From assembly GCA_963931635.1 (NCBI GenBank), contig OZ007034.1:409285-473284 (forward strand): a stretch of 64,000 nt of DNA. The letters run 5' to 3'. This document shows, in pieces, positions 39,576 through 47,009 of the stretch; the stretch's first letter is position 1, and each line of letters opens with the position of its first letter. The position numbers were made by a program, and so were the translations under genes. The DNA comes from an uncultured Bacteroides sp. (GTDB lineage Bacteria; Bacteroidota; Bacteroidia; Bacteroidales; UBA11471). The notes beneath the pieces were generated by a model. That model saw only the letters and a program-made list of their open reading frames with translations. It ran no database searches and was not told the DNA's origin.

Positions 39576-39627
39576 CGCACTTATTTCCAATAACCCAAAT
39601 TTTTTATCGATGTTTTTTATTTTTTCT

Positions 39628-41637
39628 CTACATACTGGCCTCACTAAGAGGCATCGACGAGTGGCGACGGGTGCGGCGCACGTGGTCGACGAGAACGGGC
39701 AACGGCTCGGAATAACAGATATAGGTACCGATACAACGGGTAATGAGAATATCGTCGTGATGACCGTCCATGGCACCGAAACTGCCGTTGGGCTTGCGCT
39801 CGAAGACATCGTGTTCGTAGCAGGCCAGCAGGTCGCGCTCGACATAGCCGCTCTCGCGCAGCATCTGTATCTGGTGGTTGATAATGAGCGTCTTGGTCGA
39901 ACGGTTCATGTGAAAGCCCCATCGCGACGGTGCCGATGAGCGTATCGTCTCGGAAGAGGCCCGCGCATAGAGATGCGAGTAGGCGTCGGAAAGGGTATCG
40001 AGTATATACTCAGTGTGCTCTCCGTCGGTGTGCTCGGTTTCAAGCGTATTGCTCTCGATAACGAGCAGAGCCTCTTGGTAAAACGCGGCTATCTGGGCCG
40101 CTTTCCAGGCCAGAAGGTCGTGATCGATGTGTCCGCGCCACTGGGCAACAACCTCGGGCACACCGCCATACATCTGCCAGTAACGGTCGAAGACGACAAT
40201 CACCGAGTAGTCGGCCGAGACCGACCGGCCACCGATGTCGACCACCACGATGTAACGGCCGCTCACCCTGACCGCGTCGTCGGGCAACGCCCACACCTGC
40301 AACTTGCCGGCCGGCTCATCGACAAAGCGCAGCTCTTGGAGCGATTCCCGGCCGAAAGCCTTCTGACCATACACCTCTCCCACCCGGTCGGGCGGGCGGC
40401 AATTCTCGCGCAGCCGCTGTACCTGACGTATGTCAAAGACCCGTTCGCCACTGTGGTTAAAGGCTTCGACATCGTCGGAGGGATACTCTGCCATCATATC
40501 GGCATGGTCGGCATATTCCTTGCGTTTCTGCCGGTACCAGGCTATTGCTTCGAGGGTAGCCCCCCGATGCCACAAAGTGGTCTCGTAATCGTCGAGCGAA
40601 GCGGCAAAGGCGGCAGGGTCATCGACCGGCAGAGCATACATCTCGATGTCGTACCACGGGACGAACAGAAACTCTTTGTCGCTCTCTCCGCGCTTGGCCC
40701 GCTCACACTCCTGGTGAAAGTAGTTTCCCGTACCATTGGCGGTACTCTCCATCACGATGAGCGAATCGGGCAGCAACGCCACCGACCCGCACACGGCACG
40801 CACCAGCGACTCGGGCGAACGCTGTCGCGTACGCGGCCAGAAAGCCACCTCTGATAGGTGTGCCATGACAGCGTCGGAACCGCGCACCGACTCGGGCGTC
40901 TCGGCCGACGACACGGTAACCCGACTTCCCGACCCTTCGATGACCGAAGTATTGCCGGTTCGCTCGTACGGGCGGAACCGCGGTGCCACACCATCGGGCA
41001 TGAGCCAGGCCGGATAATTGTCGAGCAACTTAGTGTACATTCCTTTTATGTGGGCCGCCGCATCTTTGAGGTGGGCACATATTACACTGTGCCAGTTCTT
41101 GCGATGTACCAGCTGTATCCATGCCATATAGAGTTGCACGAGCGTGGAGCCGCCCCACTGGCGGGCTTTCAGCAGAATCAGACGCACGGGCTTGCGGGCA
41201 CGCCGCTGCGATTCGAGGCGCACCAGCAGCTTGCGCTGCGGACGGTTGAGACGGAAGGGCACATCGCCGTCGCCCATCTTGTCTTTGATACGGACAAACA
41301 TCACGGCCCAGAACTCAAAGTCGTACCGTATGCGCACCTTTACCCAGCGGCGCCATACCTCCTCTTTCCAATGCGTACAGGGCGGCCGGCCCAACTCTTT
41401 TTCGATAAAGGAGGCGAGAGAACCGCAACGGCGCAATTCCTGCACGAGCTCCACCTCGTCGAGCATCTCTCGCGGAATATACTGCAAGGGTATTGGGGCG
41501 TCGGGCAGATGCAGGACGACCCGCTCACCCACGGCGGCCCCTTCACCCGTCTCGGGGTGGTATGGAGCCGACCGTTGACGATTACGACGGTCGTTCTCGG
41601 CCAGTATTGCTTTTATCTCCTCCTCGGTTGCGTTCAT
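39628..41637 (-). CDS. Phage terminase large subunit (TerL), full length
   Basis: ATPase half: FRLNRPQRKLL...RLILLKARQWGGSTLVQ (Walker-A-like), AHLSEVAFW (Walker B/catalytic Glu region) and VMESTANGTGNYF. Nuclease half: YIVVVDIGGRSVSADYSVIVVFDR, LLVIESNT and GHHDDILITR. The start was set to the ATG at 41637 because the track start at 41694 is a TTG. Confidence 0.8.
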   Translation of the reverse strand: MNATEEEIKAILAENDRRNRQRSAPYHPETGEGAAVGERVVLHLPDAPIPLQYIPREMLDEVELVQELRRCGSLASFIEKELGRPPCTHWKEEVWRRWVKVRIRYDFEFWAVMFVRIKDKMGDGDVPFRLNRPQRKLLVRLESQRRARKPVRLILLKARQWGGSTLVQLYMAWIQLVHRKNWHSVICAHLKDAAAHIKGMYTKLLDNYPAWLMPDGVAPRFRPYERTGNTSVIEGSGSRVTVSSAETPESVRGSDAVMAHLSEVAFWPRTRQRSPESLVRAVCGSVALLPDSLIVMESTANGTGNYFHQECERAKRGESDKEFLFVPWYDIEMYALPVDDPAAFAASLDDYETTLWHRGATLEAIAWYRQKRKEYADHADMMAEYPSDDVEAFNHSGERVFDIRQVQRLRENCRPPDRVGEVYGQKAFGRESLQELRFVDEPAGKLQVWALPDDAVRVSGRYIVVVDIGGRSVSADYSVIVVFDRYWQMYGGVPEVVAQWRGHIDHDLLAWKAAQIAAFYQEALLVIESNTLETEHTDGEHTEYILDTLSDAYSHLYARASSETIRSSAPSRWGFHMNRSTKTLIINHQIQMLRESGYVERDLLACYEHDVFERKPNGSFGAMDGHHDDILITRCIGTYICYSEPLPVLVDHVRRTRRHSSMPLSEASM

Positions 41638-41698
41638 CTTTTTTTCAGGCAAAGATGCACGAGAAGAGGCGGCAAACAGTGCGTTTTTTATCAAATCG

Positions 41699-41950
41699 TC
41701 AACGCAGAGCCGCCAGGCGGTCGAGCGTGTCGGATATCACCGAGAGCGTGTCGCTGCCCTCACCGACCGCCGCCACGCGGCCCTGCTTTTCGAGAATCTC
41801 GATGCACTTCAACAGATTTACCTCACTGGTACATTCGGGAATCAACTCTTTCAGTCGGTTGTAACAGAGTTCGAGCATCTCTTCCCGACGGTCTGTCGGG
41901 TTATGTGCCGGAGAGACTTCCGGGGAATTTACAGATTGATTTTTCTTCAT
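41699..41950 (-). CDS. Hypothetical 83-aa protein immediately upstream of TerL (small-terminase position)
   Basis: ATG start, helical sequence, and its stop lies 4-60 nt before the TerL start. The functional idea rests on position only. Confidence 0.5.
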   Translation of the reverse strand: MKKNQSVNSPEVSPAHNPTDRREEMLELCYNRLKELIPECTSEVNLLKCIEILEKQGRVAAVGEGSDTLSVISDTLDRLAALR

Positions 41951-41985
41951 GATTTCTACGATTTTATAAATATCACATCGAACGG

Positions 41986-41993
41986 CAAATTTA
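41986..41993 (-). promoter_or_regulatory. -7 promoter box TAAATTTG for the 83-aa/TerL unit
   Basis: Exact TAnnTTTG on the minus strand, about 35 nt upstream of the ATG at 41950. Confidence 0.45.
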
Positions 41994-41999
41994 CAGGGT

Positions 42000-42007
42000 G
42001 ATATTTG
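42000..42007 (+). promoter_or_regulatory. Near-consensus -7 box GATATTTG for the 176/155/1079-aa unit
   Basis: One mismatch to TAnnTTTG, 58 nt upstream of the ATG at 42065. It is back-to-back with the minus-strand box. Confidence 0.3.
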
Positions 42008-42064
42008 CGACGTGATGTGATTCTTTACAAAAAACAGTATTAACTCAAAAAAAGTAGACAGATT

Positions 42065-42595
42065 ATGATAGTCAATTTACTCAGCGGCATTATCCGCAAT
42101 GCCCGAAACCGTCGCGCGGCAGAGAAGGCCCAGACTCAGGCCTTGAACACCATCAACGCCCAGCAGTCGCAACTCGACAACATGTTCAACAGCGAATACT
42201 ACGGCGACTACATGAACCGCTCCGACGTGCAATCGATGCTGCGCAGCATGCAAGACCAGATGCGACAACAAAACGCCCAGAGTTACAGCATGGCTGCCAT
42301 GACGGGTGCAACACCGGAAGCCATGGCTGCCCAACTGAGCAACAACGCAGCTCTCATGGGCAACACATACAGCCAGATAGGCGCCAACATGTCAAACTGG
42401 AAAAATAATGTGCTCAACAACTACATCAACAACTCCATGGCTCTCAGCAACCAGAAGTACAACTTGTGGAACCAGCAAGCCTCCGACTTCAGAAACGCTG
42501 CCCATCAGTCGATGACCCAGGCTCTCGACAACTACACGCAAATCTATTCGTCTCTTATCGGAGGTGCCGGCAACGTGTTGAGCAACATACTCTAA
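42065..42595 (+). CDS. Hypothetical Asn/Gln/Met/Ser-rich protein (176 aa)
   Basis: Intact ORF and first gene of the plus-strand phage-like unit. It is low-complexity and predicted helical (NAQQSQLDNMFN..., MQDQMRQQNAQS). Confidence 0.6.
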   Translation: MIVNLLSGIIRNARNRRAAEKAQTQALNTINAQQSQLDNMFNSEYYGDYMNRSDVQSMLRSMQDQMRQQNAQSYSMAAMTGATPEAMAAQLSNNAALMGNTYSQIGANMSNWKNNVLNNYINNSMALSNQKYNLWNQQASDFRNAAHQSMTQALDNYTQIYSSLIGGAGNVLSNIL

Positions 42596-42598
42596 TTT

Positions 42599-43066
42599 AT
42601 GGGAGGAAGTGATATGAAAAAAACAGATCATACCGACAACGCCACTCGCGATGTGCGTCGCAGCGTAGCCGAAGGGAAAGGCTTTCTCTCAACCTGCATG
42701 TCGGCGTTGAGAGGAGACAGCGAAGCGGCACACCGCATCGACACTCTGGGCGAGACACTCCTCCTGCTCGGGAAAAGGCCCCGAAAAGAGGGCGAGATAT
42801 CCCTCCCAGGCGACAACGGCGAACGTCTTGAACAGCTCATGGTCCAACACCGCCGTACCCGCAGACTGCGCCCGCAACCTGACGGGTTTCTCTACATTTT
42901 GCGCCAACTCTCGCAAATAAGCCTGCCCACGGGACAACCCGCACTCGACCCGGAGATGAGCCCGGAAGAGCAACAAAAGTTCTACACTTTCAACGTACTC
43001 GTCGCCAACGGGCTCTCCCCGCAAGAGGCCGAAGAGGAGGTCGAAAGAATCTATTCACCCGCTTAA
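42599..43066 (+). CDS. Hypothetical protein (155 aa)
   Basis: ATG lies 3 nt after the previous stop, so it is tightly packed in the operon. I recognised no motif. Confidence 0.55.
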   Translation: MGGSDMKKTDHTDNATRDVRRSVAEGKGFLSTCMSALRGDSEAAHRIDTLGETLLLLGKRPRKEGEISLPGDNGERLEQLMVQHRRTRRLRPQPDGFLYILRQLSQISLPTGQPALDPEMSPEEQQKFYTFNVLVANGLSPQEAEEEVERIYSPA

Positions 43067-43076
43067 AATTTCATTT

Positions 43077-46000
43077 ATGGAACAACCACGCAAATCCTGG
43101 GCCCGCATCGACAGCACCTTGCAACGGAATCTGGGCCATAAAAAATATTATGAAATTCCTATCGAAAATCTTCCGGGAACTCTTGTGGAAAACGACATTC
43201 TGCGTTTTCCCGATTCTGATGCCAATCCGAATGTACCCGAGCATATGATCTTGCGGTATCACGAACCCGACAGCAGACCTCAGGCTCCCGAGACTCTGAT
43301 CTTGCAGCATCACGACCTCGTCAGCAGACCACAGGCTCCCGAGCTCCTCATTCAGCAGTACCCCGAGCTTCGTAACAATCCGAACAGCATCGGTTATCCC
43401 GGGTATCAATTTACCCCCGAAGAAATTTCACGCTTTCTCTCGGATATTAAGCAATATCCTCCCAAAGAGGTTCAGTCCGGCCCACAACCCATCACAACCT
43501 TCGGAGAAGGATTCAGACAGTCGCTCGACCAGTGGAAAAACAATTACAGTTACGACTATGGCAATCTCATGAAGGAGATGAATCACGAAGAAGAAATCCG
43601 TAATGGATTGATGGCCCTTGACGAAAATCCCGAATTGAGCCGAGGTAACGTGCAGGAGATAAACTGGTCTATAAAGGCGCTGCGCCGGGGCATCGCCGAA
43701 TACCGAAGACGCATCGAAGCCGGGGAGGGTACACCCGAAGACGAAGCCGCCATCTTGAAAGATTCGGAAAAGATTCGGGGCCTGTATGCCATGCAACAGC
43801 AATACTACAAGGGCGCTACCCCCGAAGAGGCCGAAGCCTGGCGCAACAACTACATTGCCCAAGGTGGCACGGGCATGCAACGTATGGCCGAAGCTCGGGA
43901 AAATCAGAAAAACTATCGGCCGACCGAAGGGTGGGCTAATGTTGGCGAAATAGCATTTAATCTTGCTCAAGTTGTACCTGCTGTCGCTGCAACCGCAGTA
44001 AATCCCGCAGTCGGTGCAATCGCCATTGGAGCCGGCATGGGTGATATCGCTTCCCAGAATTTGGCACAAAGCAATATGCTGGCCGACCAGATCGAAGAAC
44101 AAACGGGGAAAGAGATCTCGACCGGGAGACGCCTTGCCCAAGCTGGGATAGGCACCACAATTGATGCGGCCACGTCACTATTTGCTCCCACAAAAATGGT
44201 AAATGCCTCACAACCTTTTTTCAAAAGCTTAGCTAAAAACAGCATCTATCAAGGGATCTTTAACGGTACAAACTCTATATTGCATGACTATGGCTCAAAT
44301 CTTACCCTCGGAAATAATCTCACGAATAATGAAATTCTCTCGAATGCAGGAAAGAATTTCCTCGTCGGAGCGGCTACCGGAGCGGGAGCCACGACTGTGG
44401 GGAAGTTAGCAAACAAGGTATCCAGAACAAGCAGCCCTGTCAGAGAGATTCCCGACGAGGCAGGAACAAAGTCTACTTCCTCCGGTGATAAAATTATACC
44501 CTATTCCATTCCAGACCTCGGTTATTATCGTCTCAAGATGAAGCCATTAAGCCCATCCGTCCGTGATGCCCTCATAAAAGAAGGTGTGATCATCGACGAC
44601 ACCCCCACAACGATTCCTTTCGATACCTACCGACGGAAACAGTTGGCACCTCCGGGTACATACGTCCGTCCCTATCAGAATCCGGGAAAGATTGACCCCA
44701 ACGACCTGAGAATGATTCCGCGAGACGAGGTACAGGATAACATGACCATTCCCATGAACCGCTACCAGCTCTCCTATCCTCTGCCCGAAGGCATGAGCAA
44801 TGAGCCCATCACCATTCCGCATGGCAGATACGGTCATGGTTCCTCTTTCTGGGGTGACAATTTCAGACTTTCCTATCCCTTGCCAGAAGGCATGAGCAAT
44901 GAACCCATCACCATTCCGCAGGGAAGATATGGCCATGGTTCCTCTTTCTGGGGGGACAATTTCAGACTCTCATACCCCCTGCCCGACAACTGGGACAACT
45001 CGCCGGTAACGATTCCTTTCGACACCTACCGACGGAAACAGCTGGCACCTCCGGGGACATACGTCCGTCCCTATCAGAATCCGGGAAAGATTGACCCCAA
45101 CGGTCTGAGAATGATTCCAAGGGAAGAGGTACAAGATAACATGACCATTCCCATGAACCGCTACCAGCTCTCTTATCCCCTGCCCGACGACTGGGACAAC
45201 TCGCCGGTAACGATTCCTTTCGACACCTACCGACGGAAACAGCTGGCACCTCCGGGGACATACGTCCGTCCCTATCAGAATCCGGGAAAGATTGACCCCA
45301 ACGGTCTGAGAATGATTCCAAGGGAAGAGGTACAAGATAACATGACCATTCCCATGAACCGCTACCAGCTCTCATACCCCCTGCCAGAAGGCATGAGCAA
45401 TGAACCCATCACCTTTCCGCATGGCAGATATGGAAGTGGCTCCTCTTTCTGGGGCGACAATTTCAGACTCTCATACCCCCTGCCCGACGACTGGGACAAC
45501 TCGCCGGTAACGATTCCTTTCAACACCTACCGACGGAAACAGCTGGCACCTCCGGGAACATACGTCCGTCCCTATCAGAATCCGGGAAAGATTGACCCCA
45601 ACGGTCTGAGAATGATTCCAAGGGAAGAGGTACAAGATAACATGACCATTCCCATGAACCGCTACCAGCTCTCTTATCCCCTGCCCGAGGGCATGAGCAA
45701 TGAACCCATCACCATTCCGCAGGGAAGATATGGAAGTGGCTCATCTTTCTGGGGTGACAATTTCAGACTCTCCTATCCCTTGCCCGAAGACTGGGACAAC
45801 TCGCCGGTAACGATTCCTTTCAACACCTACCGACGGAAACAGTTGGCACCTCCGGGGACATACGTTCGTCCCTATCAGAACCCGGGAAAGATTGACCCCA
45901 ACGGTCTGAGAATGATTCCACGGGAAGAGGCACAGGACTATATGTCTATTCCCATGAACCGCTACCAGTTCTCCTATCCCCTGCCCGACGACTGGGACAA

Positions 46001-46316
46001 CTCACCGATAACGATTCCCTTCGACACCTATCGACGGAAACAGCTGGCACCTCCGGGAACATACGTTCGTCCCTATCAGAATCCGGGAAAGATTGATCCC
46101 AACGGTCTGAGAATGATTCCGCGGGACGAGTTACAAGAGAATATGACCGCTCCCGGAAGTATGGGCCGAGAGCCGCAAGCAGGAGCCACTTCGTCAGAAG
46201 CAAACGACACCGCCACACCATTCAAGGCCTACGAAGACATGTTCGGGATAGACAAGCTGGATGATAATGACAAAAAAGCAAAAACGCCAAGAGGCCGGAA
46301 GAAGAGAAAGAAATAA
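43077..46316 (+). CDS. 1079-aa repeat protein with Gly/Ala-rich hydrophobic segments and a polybasic C-terminus (possible virion internal/ejection or fibre protein)
   Basis: Intact ORF. Hydrophobic stretch VVPAVAATAVNPAVGAIAIGAGMG. About 520 aa of mosaic tandem repeats. The C-terminus reads KAKTPRGRKKRKK. Confidence 0.8.
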   Translation: MEQPRKSWARIDSTLQRNLGHKKYYEIPIENLPGTLVENDILRFPDSDANPNVPEHMILRYHEPDSRPQAPETLILQHHDLVSRPQAPELLIQQYPELRNNPNSIGYPGYQFTPEEISRFLSDIKQYPPKEVQSGPQPITTFGEGFRQSLDQWKNNYSYDYGNLMKEMNHEEEIRNGLMALDENPELSRGNVQEINWSIKALRRGIAEYRRRIEAGEGTPEDEAAILKDSEKIRGLYAMQQQYYKGATPEEAEAWRNNYIAQGGTGMQRMAEARENQKNYRPTEGWANVGEIAFNLAQVVPAVAATAVNPAVGAIAIGAGMGDIASQNLAQSNMLADQIEEQTGKEISTGRRLAQAGIGTTIDAATSLFAPTKMVNASQPFFKSLAKNSIYQGIFNGTNSILHDYGSNLTLGNNLTNNEILSNAGKNFLVGAATGAGATTVGKLANKVSRTSSPVREIPDEAGTKSTSSGDKIIPYSIPDLGYYRLKMKPLSPSVRDALIKEGVIIDDTPTTIPFDTYRRKQLAPPGTYVRPYQNPGKIDPNDLRMIPRDEVQDNMTIPMNRYQLSYPLPEGMSNEPITIPHGRYGHGSSFWGDNFRLSYPLPEGMSNEPITIPQGRYGHGSSFWGDNFRLSYPLPDNWDNSPVTIPFDTYRRKQLAPPGTYVRPYQNPGKIDPNGLRMIPREEVQDNMTIPMNRYQLSYPLPDDWDNSPVTIPFDTYRRKQLAPPGTYVRPYQNPGKIDPNGLRMIPREEVQDNMTIPMNRYQLSYPLPEGMSNEPITFPHGRYGSGSSFWGDNFRLSYPLPDDWDNSPVTIPFNTYRRKQLAPPGTYVRPYQNPGKIDPNGLRMIPREEVQDNMTIPMNRYQLSYPLPEGMSNEPITIPQGRYGSGSSFWGDNFRLSYPLPEDWDNSPVTIPFNTYRRKQLAPPGTYVRPYQNPGKIDPNGLRMIPREEAQDYMSIPMNRYQFSYPLPDDWDNSPITIPFDTYRRKQLAPPGTYVRPYQNPGKIDPNGLRMIPRDELQENMTAPGSMGREPQAGATSSEANDTATPFKAYEDMFGIDKLDDNDKKAKTPRGRKKRKK
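44574..46150 (+). repeat. In-frame mosaic tandem repeat: 201-bp module A (x6) and 99-bp module B (x4), order A-B-B-A-A-B-A-B-A-A
   Basis: Module boundaries read from the sequence at 44775, 44874, 44973, 45174, 45375, 45474, 45675, 45774 and 45975. Each module starts with Y-P-L-P. A2 (44973-45173) and A3 (45174-45374) differ at 3 of 201 nt. Confidence 0.9.
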
Positions 46317-46408
46317 GCCTCTCCCAAGAGCTGCACGGCTTAACCCCACTCAGCCGCAACAGGGATAAATAAAAATATATTGTTTGTTGCAAAAAGAGAA
46401 AAATATGC

Positions 46409-46416
46409 TACCTTTG
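46409..46416 (+). promoter_or_regulatory. -7 promoter box TACCTTTG upstream of tRNA-Gly
   Basis: Exact TAnnTTTG, 27 nt before the tRNA 5' end. A TTTG at 46383-46386 is a possible -33 element. Confidence 0.5.
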
Positions 46417-46442
46417 CTGTCGCATTCCCCACGAGGAGACAG

Positions 46443-46515
46443 GCGGCAGTAGCTCAGTTGGTAGAGCATCAGCTTCCCAAGCTGAGGGTCGCGGGTTCGA
46501 GCCCCGTTTGCCGCT
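46443..46515 (+). tRNA. tRNA-Gly (anticodon CCC)
   Basis: GCGGCAGTAGCTCAGTTGGTAGAGCATCAGCTTCCCAAGCTGAGGGTCGCGGGTTCGAGCCCCGTTTGCCGCT folds by hand into a 73-nt cloverleaf. Anticodon loop TTCCCAA, T-loop TTCGAGC, discriminator U. Confidence 0.9.
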
Positions 46516-46526
46516 CTCATTTTTCG

Positions 46527-46556
46527 AACAGGTCGTTATGAAAATAACGGCCTGTT
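46527..46556. terminator. Hairpin between tRNA-Gly and the convergent mini-ORF array
   Basis: AACAGGTCGTTAT (46527-46539) pairs with ATAACGGCCTGTT (46544-46556), 13 bp with one G-U pair and a GAAA loop. The flanking U-tract is weak. Confidence 0.5.
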
Positions 46557-46564
46557 TCCGTTTA

Positions 46565-46747
46565 TCAAGTTGCCAAAAAATAGAGCCCAATAAAAAGGAG
46601 GATAATCACCAGAAATATAATCCCCAAGCCCGTCATTTTCAAGAAATATCGTGTAAATTCCATGTCGGAACGCGCGTAATAATAAGTGATTGCCACAAAA
46701 ATGACCAAAGAGGCGATAAAAAGAATTATACCTATGCTGTCCATCAT
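46565..46747 (-). CDS. Tiny two-TM-helix protein (60 aa), array member 1
   Basis: MMDSIGIILFIASLVIFVAITYYYARSDMEF...GLGIIFLVIILLFIGLYFLAT. It is paralogous to the next two ORFs. Confidence 0.55.
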   Translation of the reverse strand: MMDSIGIILFIASLVIFVAITYYYARSDMEFTRYFLKMTGLGIIFLVIILLFIGLYFLAT

Positions 46748-46782
46748 AAAATCTATTTACAATTTACAAATACTACAATCTA

Positions 46783-46980
46783 TCAAGTTGCCAGGAAATA
46801 GAGCCACACAAAAAGGAGGATAGCCGCTAAAATCGATAAATAAAAGGCACACCCTATCCACGATTTTTTCAGCGCAGGCCACCACACATTCATATCAGAA
46901 CGCAAATAAAGATAAGAGAGTACAACGGTCGCGACACCACTAACAATCAAAAGAATTATTTCTGTTGTTCTGTCCATCAT
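46783..46980 (-). CDS. Tiny two-TM-helix protein (65 aa), array member 2
   Basis: MMDRTTEIILLIVSGVATVVLSYLYLRSDMNVWW...LSILAAILLFVWLYFLAT. Confidence 0.55.
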   Translation of the reverse strand: MMDRTTEIILLIVSGVATVVLSYLYLRSDMNVWWPALKKSWIGCAFYLSILAAILLFVWLYFLAT

Positions 46981-47009
46981 AAAATCTATTTACAAATAGC
47001 TACAATCTA

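Larger units (their letters stand above)
39628..46316. mobile_element. Phage-derived gene block II (83-aa ORF, TerL, and 176/155/1079-aa ORFs); no integrase or att site seen
   Basis: See the individual CDS entries. The block is bounded by the rplU promoter on the left and the tRNA-Gly promoter on the right. Confidence 0.4.

Noticed and set aside
44574-46150. Regularly spaced repeats that could be mistaken for a CRISPR array or a satellite
   Set aside because: The repeats are 99 and 201 bp long, directly abutting with no unique spacers, and in frame within one long ORF. They are coding tandem repeats, not a CRISPR array.
46443-46515. tRNA-Gly as the attachment site of a classic prophage covering 30.3-46.3 kb
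   Set aside because: The phage-like block lies on the 5' side of the tRNA, whereas integrases normally target the 3' part. I found no duplicated copy of the tRNA 3' segment by eye in the window, and there is no integrase gene. The idea is kept only as context in the findings.
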